A stretch of DNA of 64,000 nucleotides from NCBI GenBank assembly GCA_963822585.1, contig CAWGIE010000026.1, positions 64,001 through 128,000 of the forward strand. Direction: 5' to 3'. Under the pieces are notes generated by a model that was given only the letters and a program-made list of their open reading frames with translations, had not been told where the DNA came from and searched no databases. Both the position numbers and the translations under genes were made by a program. Each line of letters begins with the position of its first letter. Within the stretch, counting starts at the first letter, position 1. The DNA is from an uncultured bacterium. GTDB lineage: Bacteria; Auribacterota; Erginobacteria; Erginobacterales; Erginobacteraceae. This document shows positions 18,617 to 29,111 of this stretch, piece after piece.

Positions 18617-20353
18617 TTAAGGGATGAACTCATAGATCTCGTAGCATTCATGATGGCTTTCCACGCCCGGGTTGACCTCGTATTTCTCGTGACCGGTCAA
18701 ACGATAACGTTCCTGCATGGAAGCCAGCCAGGCCTGCCAGCGATCTTCATCGCGGCGGGCATACGGTTCATAACACTCCGGAACGCTGAAGACGACGCAC
18801 CGGAGCGGGTGGTTGGCGCTGACCGCCTCCGGATCAAAGGAGGCACTTCCTTCCCGGTGAGAGGGAGAGTAGATACGCTGATTGCAGAGATAGCGGGCGG
18901 AGTGGCCCCATTCAAAGAGGCGGGGAAAAAAGTCCAGTCCGAGGTCGGTTTTCAGGCACACCAATTCCGCGTTTCGGGCCTTCTCTGTCCAGAACCGGCG
19001 GGCGAACTCCCGGCTCCGCAGGTCCTCGATCTTCTTATAGGGATGAACCAGGTCCGCCACGATGGTGCCCAATCCCAGCAGGGCCGACAGGATAATGAAG
19101 AACGTGAAGATCAGAGCCCGGATTTTTGTTTTCGGGGCCAGGGAGATCACCTTGCACCCTCCCAGTCCCGCCAGGAGACAGATGACCGGGGCCAGGTAAA
19201 GATTGAAGCGGGCATTGTACCCGTACGGATATCGATGGAACGCGGCGGCGATGAACGTGAGCAGAAAAGGCGCCAGAAAGGAAATCAGGACAATTCTTCT
19301 TTTCCGGCGATAGAGAACACCCGTTCCGACCAGGAAGAAAATAAAGGTGAGTGTGGAGCCGCCGTGAAAGCCGCCGTTGGGATAGGCGAACAACATCCCG
19401 GTATGGATGGAGAGCAGCCACCCGGCCAGGCGGAGCGGTCTCCCCAGGGGGGGAAAGGTTTTCACCCAGGCGGAGTCGGTGTTGAAACTCTCGGTTTCCA
19501 ATTGCGGACCGCTCAGCCAGGCTTCGGTGCGGTATTGCGGCCCGGTCGAGACCCGGTAGGTGACCAGGAACGCGCCCAGCAGAAGAATATTGTAGACGAG
19601 AAACGGGGCCGGAAATCTTCGTTGCCCCGGCTGCGCCGGGAGCCTCTCCGGGGAATCACCCCAGCCGCGCGGCGGGGCGTTCCCCGGAGCATGTCGAGAA
19701 CCGCGGTCCGGAAAGAATCTCCCGGTGGCCACCAGGGCGAGGCTGATACCGCCGGCGACGAAGACGGCTGGAAAGGAGAGTCCGATCGCGAACGGAACCG
19801 CCAGAGACAGCAGCCAGAGCCATCGGCTTTCTCCGGGTTTGCGCCACCACTCAACAAAGAGGGTCAGCAGCAGCAGGGAGACGGCCAGGTCGACCGAGTA
19901 GGGCTTTATTTCGGCGCCGTGCCGGATCGGATAATAGGCCGCGGCGAAGAAAGCCGTTGCCAGAAGGAGAGGCGCCCCCCGCACGATCCCGCGGCTCAGG
20001 CGGTAGAAAAGAAGGACACTCCCCAGGCCGCAGAGGAAGGGAAAGAGCCGTAATGTGTACTCGGAAAAACCCAGGATTTTGACCGCGAACATCTCCGCCC
20101 AGAGGAAAAGCAGGGGCGCGACCTGATGGTAGCGGAGCGCCCCCAGCAGGTCGCCGTATCCCCCGCTCAGGTAGTTAACGGCCAGGAAGGATTCATCGGG
20201 CCAGATCGGGTAACAGACCAGATACCGGACCGTGCGCACGATCAGGCCGAAAACTACGAAAGCGAGAGTCAGCTGCCGGAGCCGCCCCGTCCAGGGATCA
20301 TCAGGCTCAAGGAGCTGTATCTCCAGGGGAGGGATGCGCTTAACGTGTTTCAT
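18617..20353 (-). CDS. GT-C fold (PMT/ArnT-like) membrane glycosyltransferase
   Basis: IWPDE, APLLF, SEYTLRL, EIKPYS; multiple TM helices. Confidence 0.75.
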   Translation of the reverse strand: MKHVKRIPPLEIQLLEPDDPWTGRLRQLTLAFVVFGLIVRTVRYLVCYPIWPDESFLAVNYLSGGYGDLLGALRYHQVAPLLFLWAEMFAVKILGFSEYTLRLFPFLCGLGSVLLFYRLSRGIVRGAPLLLATAFFAAAYYPIRHGAEIKPYSVDLAVSLLLLTLFVEWWRKPGESRWLWLLSLAVPFAIGLSFPAVFVAGGISLALVATGRFFPDRGSRHAPGNAPPRGWGDSPERLPAQPGQRRFPAPFLVYNILLLGAFLVTYRVSTGPQYRTEAWLSGPQLETESFNTDSAWVKTFPPLGRPLRLAGWLLSIHTGMLFAYPNGGFHGGSTLTFIFFLVGTGVLYRRKRRIVLISFLAPFLLTFIAAAFHRYPYGYNARFNLYLAPVICLLAGLGGCKVISLAPKTKIRALIFTFFIILSALLGLGTIVADLVHPYKKIEDLRSREFARRFWTEKARNAELVCLKTDLGLDFFPRLFEWGHSARYLCNQRIYSPSHREGSASFDPEAVSANHPLRCVVFSVPECYEPYARRDEDRWQAWLASMQERYRLTGHEKYEVNPGVESHHECYEIYEFIP

Positions 20354-20600
20354 TTTTAAACTCAACACCGCGTCACGAATTTCCCCCGATTGCACAGGGA
20401 AATCTTATCAGTGCTTGAGTTTCAACGATATGTGGTATAAATTAGCGACTGCGGCGATAATGGAGCGATATTTTTCTTCCCCTATCAAACGGGTGGATAG
20501 CAATCCGGGCATCAATTCAAATTCAATCGCTCAATCCGGAACGGTAAACCCATATAGTATCATCTATCAAATAATATTGTTATCTGGTTGTTTTTCGCGG

Positions 20601-20664
20601 CTGTTTCGGGATGCCGGTAATCTTATTTTGATGGAAAAATGAGATTACCGGCATCCCGAAACAG
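20601..20664. repeat. Long intergenic palindrome
   Basis: ctgtttcgggatgccggtaatct ... agattaccggcatcccgaaacag, 23-bp perfect stem. Confidence 0.85.
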
Positions 20665-20694
20665 GAAGCAACAACAATTTTCCCGGAGGGAAAA

Positions 20695-21531
20695 TTGAAA
20701 GTCAGCGCCATTGTCGTCTGTTATAACCGGGAGCATGAAATCGGCCCCTGCCTGAGGAGCCTGCGCTGGGCTGATGAAGTGGTCGTGGTTGATTCCTTCA
20801 GCACCGATAACACGCCGGCAGTGGCCCGTAAATACGCCGACCGATTTTACCAGCGCCCGTACCGGTTCCCCGGGAACCAGAAGAATTGGGCGATCGATCA
20901 GACCTCCCATCCCTGGATCGTGGCCATCGATTCCGATGAGATTGTGCCCGAAGAGCTGCGGGACGAGATTCTGCGGACGCTGCAATCCCCCCGGTTCGAT
21001 AATTTCCGGGCCTACCGGAAAAATTATCTCTTTGGGAGAGAGATGAAACACGGGGGATGGAGAACGGACACGGTAGCGATTCTTTTCCGAAAGGACCGGT
21101 ACCGATTTCTGGCCGATGCCCCCCATGCCGATGTTATCCCCCCGGGCCGGCACGGTTTGTTCAGGACCCGGCTTATTCACTATCCGCATCGTTCCATCGA
21201 CGAATTCGTCCTCAAATCAAGCAATTACGCTTCCGGGACCGCCCGGAAATATTTCCGGGCGGGGCGGCGGGGAACGGCGATGAAGGCATTTCTTCACCCC
21301 TGTGGCAATTTTCTGAAAAATTATCTTCTGAGAGGCGGATTCCTTGACGGCGCCCCTGGATTGATCAGCGCCGTCCTTTCCTCCGGATACGTGGCGGAGA
21401 AGTATGCCCGGCTCTGGGAGCTGGAGCAGACAAGGGGAGAAGGATGGGCAGGCAGATCATCAGCGCCTTGGCCGGCTGGAAATGAAAACGTCGGTTACCC
21501 CCGACCGATATTCAAAGTTGAGAATGAGTAA
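20695..21531 (+). CDS. Glycosyltransferase family 2 (WaaE/KdtX-like)
   Basis: VVVDSFSTD.T, QKNWA, IDSDE, GFLDG..G. Confidence 0.88.
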   Translation: MKVSAIVVCYNREHEIGPCLRSLRWADEVVVVDSFSTDNTPAVARKYADRFYQRPYRFPGNQKNWAIDQTSHPWIVAIDSDEIVPEELRDEILRTLQSPRFDNFRAYRKNYLFGREMKHGGWRTDTVAILFRKDRYRFLADAPHADVIPPGRHGLFRTRLIHYPHRSIDEFVLKSSNYASGTARKYFRAGRRGTAMKAFLHPCGNFLKNYLLRGGFLDGAPGLISAVLSSGYVAEKYARLWELEQTRGEGWAGRSSAPWPAGNENVGYPRPIFKVENE

Positions 21532-21589
21532 TCTGCCCCCCGATTGATTCAATCGGGGGGCATTATAAATTAGCTCCGAAGGTGCTAAT

Positions 21590-22024
21590 TTATTGAGGGA
21601 GGTATTGCTGGACCGTCGCCACCAGTTTCCGGTGATCAACGGGTTTGACGAGGTATTCCGCGGCCCCCAGCTCGAAAGCTCGGTCGATATCCCCCAACTT
21701 GTCCTTGGCGGTAAGGAAAATGATGGGGATATCTTTGAATGCGCCGTACTCCTTGACCAGTTCGCAGAATTCGAGGCCGTTGATTCCGGCCATGGTAATA
21801 TCGAGGATAATCAGGTCTACCGGCGTTGCACTGAGCTTGTCCAGCCCCTGCTCGCCGCTAGTCGCCGAGACAACGTCATAACCGGTCCCCTTGAGCAGGA
21901 AAGTCAAGACGGAAACAGTGGGTCTGTCATCATCGACGATCAATATCCTTTTTTTTGTTGGAGATGCGTTCACGGGGTGTGTCAGGTTGGTTTTGGTTGG
22001 CAGTTGAATAATCAGGGCTAACAT
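21590..22024 (-). CDS. Single-domain response regulator (true start may be ~50 bp downstream)
   Basis: ILIVDDD, IILDITM, FLTA, YLVKP. Confidence 0.88.
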   Translation of the reverse strand: MLALIIQLPTKTNLTHPVNASPTKKRILIVDDDRPTVSVLTFLLKGTGYDVVSATSGEQGLDKLSATPVDLIILDITMAGINGLEFCELVKEYGAFKDIPIIFLTAKDKLGDIDRAFELGAAEYLVKPVDHRKLVATVQQYLPQ

Positions 22025-24747
22025 GAAATGTTTATCGTTTCCGTCTTCAGAGTGGACTGGATTATCTTCAACAGTTCGTTCACGTTAAACGGCTTGGCCA
22101 GAGTCGGAATGGCGCCGGCCGCGCCTTTTGTTAATCTCATCTCATCAATATCATGGGCGGATATTAAAAGTAAAGGGATATTCGCGGTGCGGGGATCGCG
22201 TTTCAGCCGCTCAATGACTTCATAGCCGCTCATCTCCGGCATGATCATGTCGAGAATAATCATATCCGGAGTTTCCCGCCCAAGAATCTCCATCGCTTCC
22301 GTGCCGTCGTAAGCTTTGAGAGGCTTGACTTTTTCCAGCGTGAGCAGCCGGCTGATAACGCCCACGACATCCTCGTTGTCGTCCGTCACCAGGACCGAGC
22401 GCTCTCTCCGGGAACTGATCGACAAAGGCCGGACTTCCCGAAGCCGCTCGCGAAGCATGCGCATCAGAGAGGCTTCGGTGATATCCGCGGCCGGAGCCTC
22501 CACTCCGGCGACGGATAGTTCAAGATCGACCGGTTTCCCGTTGAGGAGAAATTGTATCTTTCTCAGGCGACTGAGAAGGTGTTCCGGAATCTGCTCCCCT
22601 GGTTTCCCCCGCAGAATGCCGACGAACTCCCCGGTATTTTCCAGATCCCAAAAGTGTACCGGGGGCGTGGGGATCTCGCCGATGATCACGGAAAGTTGCT
22701 CCAGGAAGGGATTTAGTTTTTCCCCGGCCTGCTCTTTCAACGTCTCCGTCTGTTCCAGCCTGATGCCGAGCAGACTTATCTCTTCTTTCGCTTTTCGAGC
22801 CTCTTCGATCTCGTCCCGGAGGCGTTCTCTGAACAGCTTTTCATTCTTGTAATCGGGCAGCTGGAAAGAAACTCTGGTCCCCCGGCCCGGCTCGCTTTCC
22901 GCCCAGATTTTTCCCCCGTGCATCTCCACCAGTATTCGGGAGATGGCCAGCCCGAGTCCGCTGCCCTCGGTCCCGCCCTTGGGATTGTTCCCCAGCCGGG
23001 TGAATTTATTGAATATCCGGGACAGGTCCTGGCGGGGGATCCCAACCCCGGTGTCGGAAACAGTGCACCTGACGTACCCTTGCTCGGGGTGTACTTCAAC
23101 TCCGATCGTTCCTCCGGGAAGAGTGTGTTGCAGGGCGTTGCCGATTAAGTTGGAAATGACCTGCCCGATCCGGTCCGGGTCCGCCAACACCCGGGGATTA
23201 TTCTCTGTCGCCGTGATTTTTATTTCCAGCCCCTGTTCCCGGACGGCCCCTTCAAAATGGCCGGCCGTTTTTTCGATCACCGTCACGATGTCGACGAATG
23301 ATTTTTGAAGCTGAACATTGCCGGTCTCGATCTTAGAGACGTCGAGAAGATTATTCACGATCCGGGTCATGCGGTCGATCTCACCCAGGGTCAGGGAAAG
23401 AATTTCTTTCTGGTTCGGGTTCAACGCTCCCTGGATACCGTCCACAATCTGCCCCACCCCGATCTTCATCGAGGAGAGAGGGGTGCGAAGCTCGTGGGAG
23501 ACGGTGGCGATAAACTCGTCTTTCAGCTGCTCCAGTTTCTTGCGTTCGGTCATGTTCCGTAAAGAGGCGATGTGGGCGATATCGTCCTCCCAGGTAATCG
23601 GGGACACCATCATCTCCGCGGTAATCTTCTCCCCGGCCTCGCGGGCGATAGCGATCTCGGTTGTAGCCCCCTCTACCAGGGTGAGGCCGAATGATTTTCC
23701 CACGAACTCTTCCGCTTTTCGCTCGAAAAGCGCTTCCCCGGCCGGGTTAACGAAACGGACGATCCCGTTTTTATCCACGATGATGATGGCGTCCGCCATC
23801 ATGGTGATGATATTCCGGAGGTTGGTCTGCGCGGAGGCCAGTGATTGAAAAACCTGGCGCCGATTGTCGATCTCCTGCCGGAGACGTTTATTGGCTCGGA
23901 GCAGATCGGCGGTTCGCTCGCGGACGAGGATGTTCAGATCGTCCCGGTTCTTCCGGATTAATTCGGCCGTTTCCCGGTGTTTCGTGATATCCTCCAGGCT
24001 GCCTTCGTAATACCTGACCGCTTCCCGACCATCCCGGTTCGCCCGGGTATTCTCCCGATACCAGGCGAGTGATCCGTCCCGTCTCCGGCGTTGACTTTCA
24101 AAATTAATCACGCGGCCGTCTCGATTCATCAGGTCCAGCCATCGACGGTGATCGGCGGCATCCACGTATAAACGGCGGACGTCGGTGTTGATGAGAGACT
24201 TCCGGTCCGGGTAACCCAGCAGTTCCACCAGGGCGGCATTGACGTCCAAGAATGCGAAATCCGGCGTGATCCGGAAGAGGCCGATCGGTATCCCGTTGAA
24301 AAGGCTGTGATAACGGTTCTCGGCTTCCTGGCGCGCCCGGCGCTGCCGGGCGGTATCCAGGACGGAACGCACCGCGGCGGCGAGTTTGGAGAAATGCTTG
24401 GGGGATTTAAGAACATAGTCGTCAAGGCCCGACTTCATCGCCGCCACGGCAATTTCTTCGGTGCCGGTGCCGGTGAACATGATCACCGGAAGATCGGGGT
24501 AGCGCGCCTTGATCGCCTGGAGCATTTCGATCCCGGTGGACCATTCCAGGTTGTAATCGGTTATCGCCAGATCGAAGTCGCCTTTTTCGAGAGTCAGCTC
24601 GAAATCCTCCCGGCTGCTGATTTCAATTGTCTGGAGTTCGCGGAACTCGTTGCCGAGCATCCGGGCAACTAGAGTCCGCATCTGCGGATAATCATCGATC
24701 AGAAGGATTCTGATCGGTGCGTTTTCAATCTGGTCCGAGGTGTTCAT
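22018..24747 (-). CDS. Hybrid sensor kinase REC-PAS-PAS-HisKA-HATPase-(degenerate GGDEF-like)-REC
   Basis: VSHELRTPL, NLIGNA, DTGVGI, GSGLGL; REC domains at both ends. Confidence 0.9.
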   Translation of the reverse strand: MNTSDQIENAPIRILLIDDYPQMRTLVARMLGNEFRELQTIEISSREDFELTLEKGDFDLAITDYNLEWSTGIEMLQAIKARYPDLPVIMFTGTGTEEIAVAAMKSGLDDYVLKSPKHFSKLAAAVRSVLDTARQRRARQEAENRYHSLFNGIPIGLFRITPDFAFLDVNAALVELLGYPDRKSLINTDVRRLYVDAADHRRWLDLMNRDGRVINFESQRRRRDGSLAWYRENTRANRDGREAVRYYEGSLEDITKHRETAELIRKNRDDLNILVRERTADLLRANKRLRQEIDNRRQVFQSLASAQTNLRNIITMMADAIIIVDKNGIVRFVNPAGEALFERKAEEFVGKSFGLTLVEGATTEIAIAREAGEKITAEMMVSPITWEDDIAHIASLRNMTERKKLEQLKDEFIATVSHELRTPLSSMKIGVGQIVDGIQGALNPNQKEILSLTLGEIDRMTRIVNNLLDVSKIETGNVQLQKSFVDIVTVIEKTAGHFEGAVREQGLEIKITATENNPRVLADPDRIGQVISNLIGNALQHTLPGGTIGVEVHPEQGYVRCTVSDTGVGIPRQDLSRIFNKFTRLGNNPKGGTEGSGLGLAISRILVEMHGGKIWAESEPGRGTRVSFQLPDYKNEKLFRERLRDEIEEARKAKEEISLLGIRLEQTETLKEQAGEKLNPFLEQLSVIIGEIPTPPVHFWDLENTGEFVGILRGKPGEQIPEHLLSRLRKIQFLLNGKPVDLELSVAGVEAPAADITEASLMRMLRERLREVRPLSISSRRERSVLVTDDNEDVVGVISRLLTLEKVKPLKAYDGTEAMEILGRETPDMIILDMIMPEMSGYEVIERLKRDPRTANIPLLLISAHDIDEMRLTKGAAGAIPTLAKPFNVNELLKIIQSTLKTETINISC

Positions 24748-24965
24748 AGCGTACGAGCTTTTCGAGCAAGCTCTATCTGTGCGGGTTCAGGATGGGAAGA
24801 TAATTTCTCAGTAAGCAGGCCCGGGAGGGTATTGTCAAGGATGAATAAAATTGACATATGTGCTCCGTCCTCCTATTCTCCTGACAAAATGAAGAGATGT
24901 ATGGAAAAATGAAGAAAACATGGTAGTATTTTGAAAATGATTCAAAAGCAAACCGAGGAAAATAC

Positions 24966-25622
24966 ATGACCTTGCCCGATATATTAACCATAGAGGAAGT
25001 TGCCAACTATTTGCGGGTTTCGGAGAGGACGGTCTACGATTGGGCGCAAAAAGGAGAAATACCGGCCGGCAAACTGGGCTCTTCATGGCGTTTCAAGCGA
25101 ACTGATATTCAGCGATGGGCTGAGGAGAAGATCGGGGTGGATAAAAGAGACGTCCCCCAGCCCGGCATGTTGTTCAGTGACATACTCAAGCGGGATCGCA
25201 TTATCCTGCTCAAGAAACGCGATAAAAAAGGGATACTGATGGAACTGATCGATTGCCTGAGCGCCGCGCCGGAAATCACGGATCGCGAGGAATTAGCCCG
25301 GGCCATCTTCCGTCGGGAAGAACTGATGAGTACGGGGATCGGCCTCGGCATCGCCGTCCCCCACGTCCGGCTGGAGTCGGTCAAAGGGCTGGTCATGGCT
25401 ATCGGGATCAGCCACGCCGGCAGTTCGGATTATGACTCCCTGGACGGGGCTCCTGTTCATATCGTCTGTATGATCGCGACGGGAAGGTACCAGCACGCTC
25501 AGTATCTGAAGACACTGGCGGCAATCAGCGGACGTTTGAAGGATCAGGCCTTCCGTGATCTTCTCCTGACCGCCCCCGACACGGAGACGATTTACCGGCT
25601 TTTGATCGATAAGGGAGACTGA
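24966..25622 (+). CDS. Excisionase-type HTH fused to PTS EIIA(Ntr/Fru) domain
   Basis: LTIEEVANYLRVSERTVY...WRF; REELMSTGIGLGIAVPH. Confidence 0.9.
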   Translation: MTLPDILTIEEVANYLRVSERTVYDWAQKGEIPAGKLGSSWRFKRTDIQRWAEEKIGVDKRDVPQPGMLFSDILKRDRIILLKKRDKKGILMELIDCLSAAPEITDREELARAIFRREELMSTGIGLGIAVPHVRLESVKGLVMAIGISHAGSSDYDSLDGAPVHIVCMIATGRYQHAQYLKTLAAISGRLKDQAFRDLLLTAPDTETIYRLLIDKGD

Positions 25623-25625
25623 CCG

Positions 25626-27302
25626 TTGGGAACGATAGATCTCGGTGTTCTCTTTATCCTGGGGATCGGCGCCTTCGGGGGGATTCTGGGAGCAAGCCTT
25701 TTTCAGTACTTCCGGATCCCCCAGGTGGTGGGATACATCGCCATCGGGCTGCTCATCGGCCAGAGCGGCATCGGCCTGGTCGACCAGGAAGATATCGCAT
25801 CCCTGCGGTTGTTTAACCTATTCGCCCTGGGCCTGATCGGGTTCATGGTCGGGGGCGAGCTCCGAGCCGATACCCTGCGGAGGTATAAGAAGCAGTTCAT
25901 GGCCATTCTCCTCGGGGAAGGGCTGGGGGCATTTTTCCTGACCGGGCTGGTGACCGGCGGGGCGGTCTGGCTGGTGACTCACAACAGCACGGTCGCGCTC
26001 GCGGCCGGGATTGTCTTCGGAGCAATCGCTTCCGCCACCGACCCGGCTTCCACCATCGACGTGCTCCGGGAATATCGCGCCCGCGGCGCGCTCACCACCA
26101 CCCTGATCGCGATTGTCGCTCTTGATGACGCCCTCGCCATGACGCTGTACGGACTGGGAACCAGTACGGCGGAACTTCTCACGGGAGGGACGATCTCGGT
26201 CAGGGAGGTGGCGCTCAAGATCGGGATCGAACTCATCGGGGCCGTGGTTCTGGGGTTCCTGCTGGGGGTGCTGCTGAACTTCATCTTTCGCTGGATGCGG
26301 CAGAAAGAAAAAACCCTGGGAACGGCGCTGGGAGCGATCCTGGTGGCGATCGGCCTCGCCGTGGCCATGGATATGGACATCATCATAGCGACCATGGCGC
26401 TGGGTGTTACGCTGAGCAATCTCGCTCCCCGGCGGAGCAAGGAGTTATTCTCGCTTGCCCACAGCTTCTCCAGTCCCATCTATGTTATTTTCTTCGTCCT
26501 GGTCGGCGCCCGGCTGGACATTACCCGGATGCCGTTCTGGCTCTGGGGGATCGTCGGGCTGTATGTCATCGGCCGGAGTCTGGGGAAGATGGGCGGCGCG
26601 TACTGGGGAGCGCGGATGATGGAAGCCCCCCGGGAGGTCCGGCGATACGGAGGGCTGGGGCTTTTCGCCCAGGGAGGGATCGCGGTCGGGCTTTCGATCA
26701 TGGCCAGTCACCATCTCGGCACCATCCCGTTCACTTCCGGAATGACGCTGGGAGACATGGTTATCTTTACCGTGACCGCGACCACTCTGATCGTTCAGAT
26801 CATGGGGCCTCCCCTGGTCAAACTGGCGGTAAAAAAAGCGAACGAGATCGGGCGCAACGTGACCGAGGAGGACATCCTGGCGCAGTGGACGGTCAAAGAG
26901 GTGATGGATGAGGAGACCGCGCTGATCAGGGAGGAAGAACCCGTAACCGGGATTATCCGGACCTTTTCCGAACATGATAGCACCTCTTATCCGGTTGTCG
27001 AAGCCGGCAACAAAATTATCGGGATAATCACGCTGGATAGAATTAAGAACGTGCTTGCCAACCAGGATACCTGGCAATGGCTGGTTGCCTCCGACGTCAT
27101 GATACCGGTCGGGGAACGGGTAACCGCGGCCACCAGTCTGAAGGATGCCGTTGAACTGATGGAGCAGTTGAAGTTTGAGCAGATCCCGGTGGTACGAAGC
27201 CCCGACGACGATCGGGCGGTGGGTGTGCTCGACCTGCATAAAGTTAAAAAGCTGATCGGCGAAGAGGTCTTGCGGCGGCAGGATAAAATGGGGTCTTCCT
27301 GA
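25626..27302 (+). CDS. Cation:proton antiporter with C-terminal CBS pair
   Basis: IPQVVGYI, ATDPA, VALDDA; C-terminal VKEVM...VASDVM CBS repeats. Confidence 0.88.
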   Translation: MGTIDLGVLFILGIGAFGGILGASLFQYFRIPQVVGYIAIGLLIGQSGIGLVDQEDIASLRLFNLFALGLIGFMVGGELRADTLRRYKKQFMAILLGEGLGAFFLTGLVTGGAVWLVTHNSTVALAAGIVFGAIASATDPASTIDVLREYRARGALTTTLIAIVALDDALAMTLYGLGTSTAELLTGGTISVREVALKIGIELIGAVVLGFLLGVLLNFIFRWMRQKEKTLGTALGAILVAIGLAVAMDMDIIIATMALGVTLSNLAPRRSKELFSLAHSFSSPIYVIFFVLVGARLDITRMPFWLWGIVGLYVIGRSLGKMGGAYWGARMMEAPREVRRYGGLGLFAQGGIAVGLSIMASHHLGTIPFTSGMTLGDMVIFTVTATTLIVQIMGPPLVKLAVKKANEIGRNVTEEDILAQWTVKEVMDEETALIREEEPVTGIIRTFSEHDSTSYPVVEAGNKIIGIITLDRIKNVLANQDTWQWLVASDVMIPVGERVTAATSLKDAVELMEQLKFEQIPVVRSPDDDRAVGVLDLHKVKKLIGEEVLRRQDKMGSS

Positions 27303-27348
27303 AATTCCGCAGACGCGCTATTTGATTTTTTTGAAGTTCGATGAGAGA

Positions 27349-27381
27349 AAAAGCCCGAAGGGAAGAACCCTTCGGGCTTTT
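27349..27381. terminator. Intrinsic terminator at the distal end of the island
   Basis: aaaagcccgaaggg-aagaa-cccttcgggctttt. Confidence 0.75.
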
Positions 27382-27516
27382 TCGCGGACGGAACCTCAGG
27401 TAATACAATCAGCCGGCCAGCAGCGATCAGTGCTTGGAACTACTGCCCACTGCCCATTGCCCATTGCCTATCGTAACGAAGTGGAGACCCGACTGAAAGT
27501 CGGGGCTGCCTACTGC

Positions 27517-28654
27517 CTATCTCGTTACCGGGATATCGCCGAAAGCGCCGAAATAAGCCCTGCTCACTCCCCTGATCGCCCACAGCGCGTTGTCAGGGCG
27601 GAAGATGGCGACATCGTCGAGGGAGTTGACGGTAAAGTCTCCGATGACCGGGCTGTCACCCTCCCGGCCGAAGTAATAACGTTCAGAACCCCTGATCGCC
27701 CACAAACCCGTGAGGGGACGAAAAATCGCCATCTTGGTCCGAAAGTGAACGGCGGTCTTCCCGGAACCGTACCACCGGTAGACGCCGGGCACCGGGATGT
27801 CTTCATCCTGGCCGAAGTAGACTCGGGTCTGGCCCCTCACCGCCCACAAACCCGTGGAAGGACGGAATAGGGCGATCTCCTTCATCCCCTCCCCGGCGTA
27901 ATCCCCCGGGACGGGAAGATCGTCCGCGTGGCCGAAATAGACCCGGCTCAGGCCCCGGACCGCCCATCGTCCCGAAAACGGCTGAAAGACCCCCGCCTCC
28001 GTGACCCCGTCCCCGCTGTAATCCCCGGGGACCGGAATGTCTCCCTTGCCTCCGAAGTAAAACCGGGTGAAGTTCTTGACCGCCCAGAGGCCGGACTGAG
28101 GCCGGAAGATCGAGATGTCGGCGACCCCGTCGCCGTTGTAATCCCCGCTGGCCGGGATATCACCCGCCCGGCCGAAGTAAACCCGCCCCAGACCTCGCAC
28201 CGCCCAGAGGCCGTTGTCGGGGCGGAAGACGGCGATATCCGAGAGGCCGTCGCCGGTGTAATCCCCGGAGTCAAGGACCAGGTACTCCGGCGTGGGATAA
28301 ACGGTGGGCGACGCCACCGGCGTCGCCGTCGGGGTTGCGGTATGAGTAGGCGTGACGGATGGGGTGGGGGACAGAGACGGTGTCGGTGTGACGGTAACGG
28401 TGGGGATCACGGTGAAGCCCAGCGCGTTGCTGGTGCCGTAAACGGTGTTCACGGTGAGCGGGCCCGTTGTCGCCCACCGCCCAGACATGGTCCGCGTCCA
28501 GGGCGGAGACGCCGTGGAGATCATTGGCGGTGGGGGAGGGGTTCTCCCACACCCAGTAGCCTTCCGATCCATCGGCGGCGGCAATTCCCGCGGTCGAGAG
28601 GCAGAGGAGGAGAGAGATCGCGACTATCATCACCAGGGAAGAGATGTTCTTCAT
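27517..28654 (-). pseudogene. Secreted protein with P/T linker and FG-GAP-like tail; internal deletion/frameshift near 28465
   Basis: Signal-peptide frame (MKNISSL...VWAVGDNG) switches to a frame encoding PLTVNTVYGTSNALGFTV, a PT linker and GDY.GDG repeats ending DIPVTR. Confidence 0.75.
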
Positions 28655-28869
28655 GGTTACATCCTCCAATCGAGTGGGCGTGGGCCGGCAAGGAACACGC
28701 TCAGACCGTAATCGCTCTCGCCCGCCCGGATGCGCAAGGAACATTCTGAAATTAATAAAAATTTGCTTTTTCGTTTGCTTTCCACGGTTCGCCGGGAAGA
28801 GCAGGTTCGCGGATTGCATTATTGCTGGAACCGGCGCGGAAGGCAAGCGGGAAACTCTAATCAATCAAA

Positions 28870-28915
28870 GGGGGAGGCCTGACGGCCTCCCCCGGAAAAT
28901 TGCTAACGGGGACGA
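28870..28915 (-). repeat. Hairpin plus short tRNA-Asp 3'-end remnant
   Basis: gggggaggcc-tgac-ggcctccccc, then cggggacga (matches 48115-48123). Confidence 0.5.
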
Positions 28916-28990
28916 TCCCGGTCCCCTTATTTGAAAGCACAACGGACATCCCGGAGCGCAGAAGTCTTCGCGCTCTAAGATGTCCGTCAT

Positions 28991-29088
28991 ACGGGCATGA
29001 CGGACATCCCAGAGCGTGGTTGATCTGGGATTTTATGAAGATTGCCTTTCGGACTGTGAGGGACGGGCACCGGAAGATTTGCCCGGTT
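28991..29088 (-). repeat. Cassette-boundary element copy 1
   Basis: acgggcatgacgg...cccagagcgtggttgatctgggatt...gagggacgggcaccggaagatttgcccggtt. Confidence 0.85.
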
Positions 29089-29111
29089 TGACGATTATTA
29101 CAGTAACTTTG

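Noticed and set aside
24966..25622. Excisionase serving the adjacent island
   Set aside because: The HTH is fused to a PTS EIIA domain and coupled to an antiporter, a known housekeeping arrangement.
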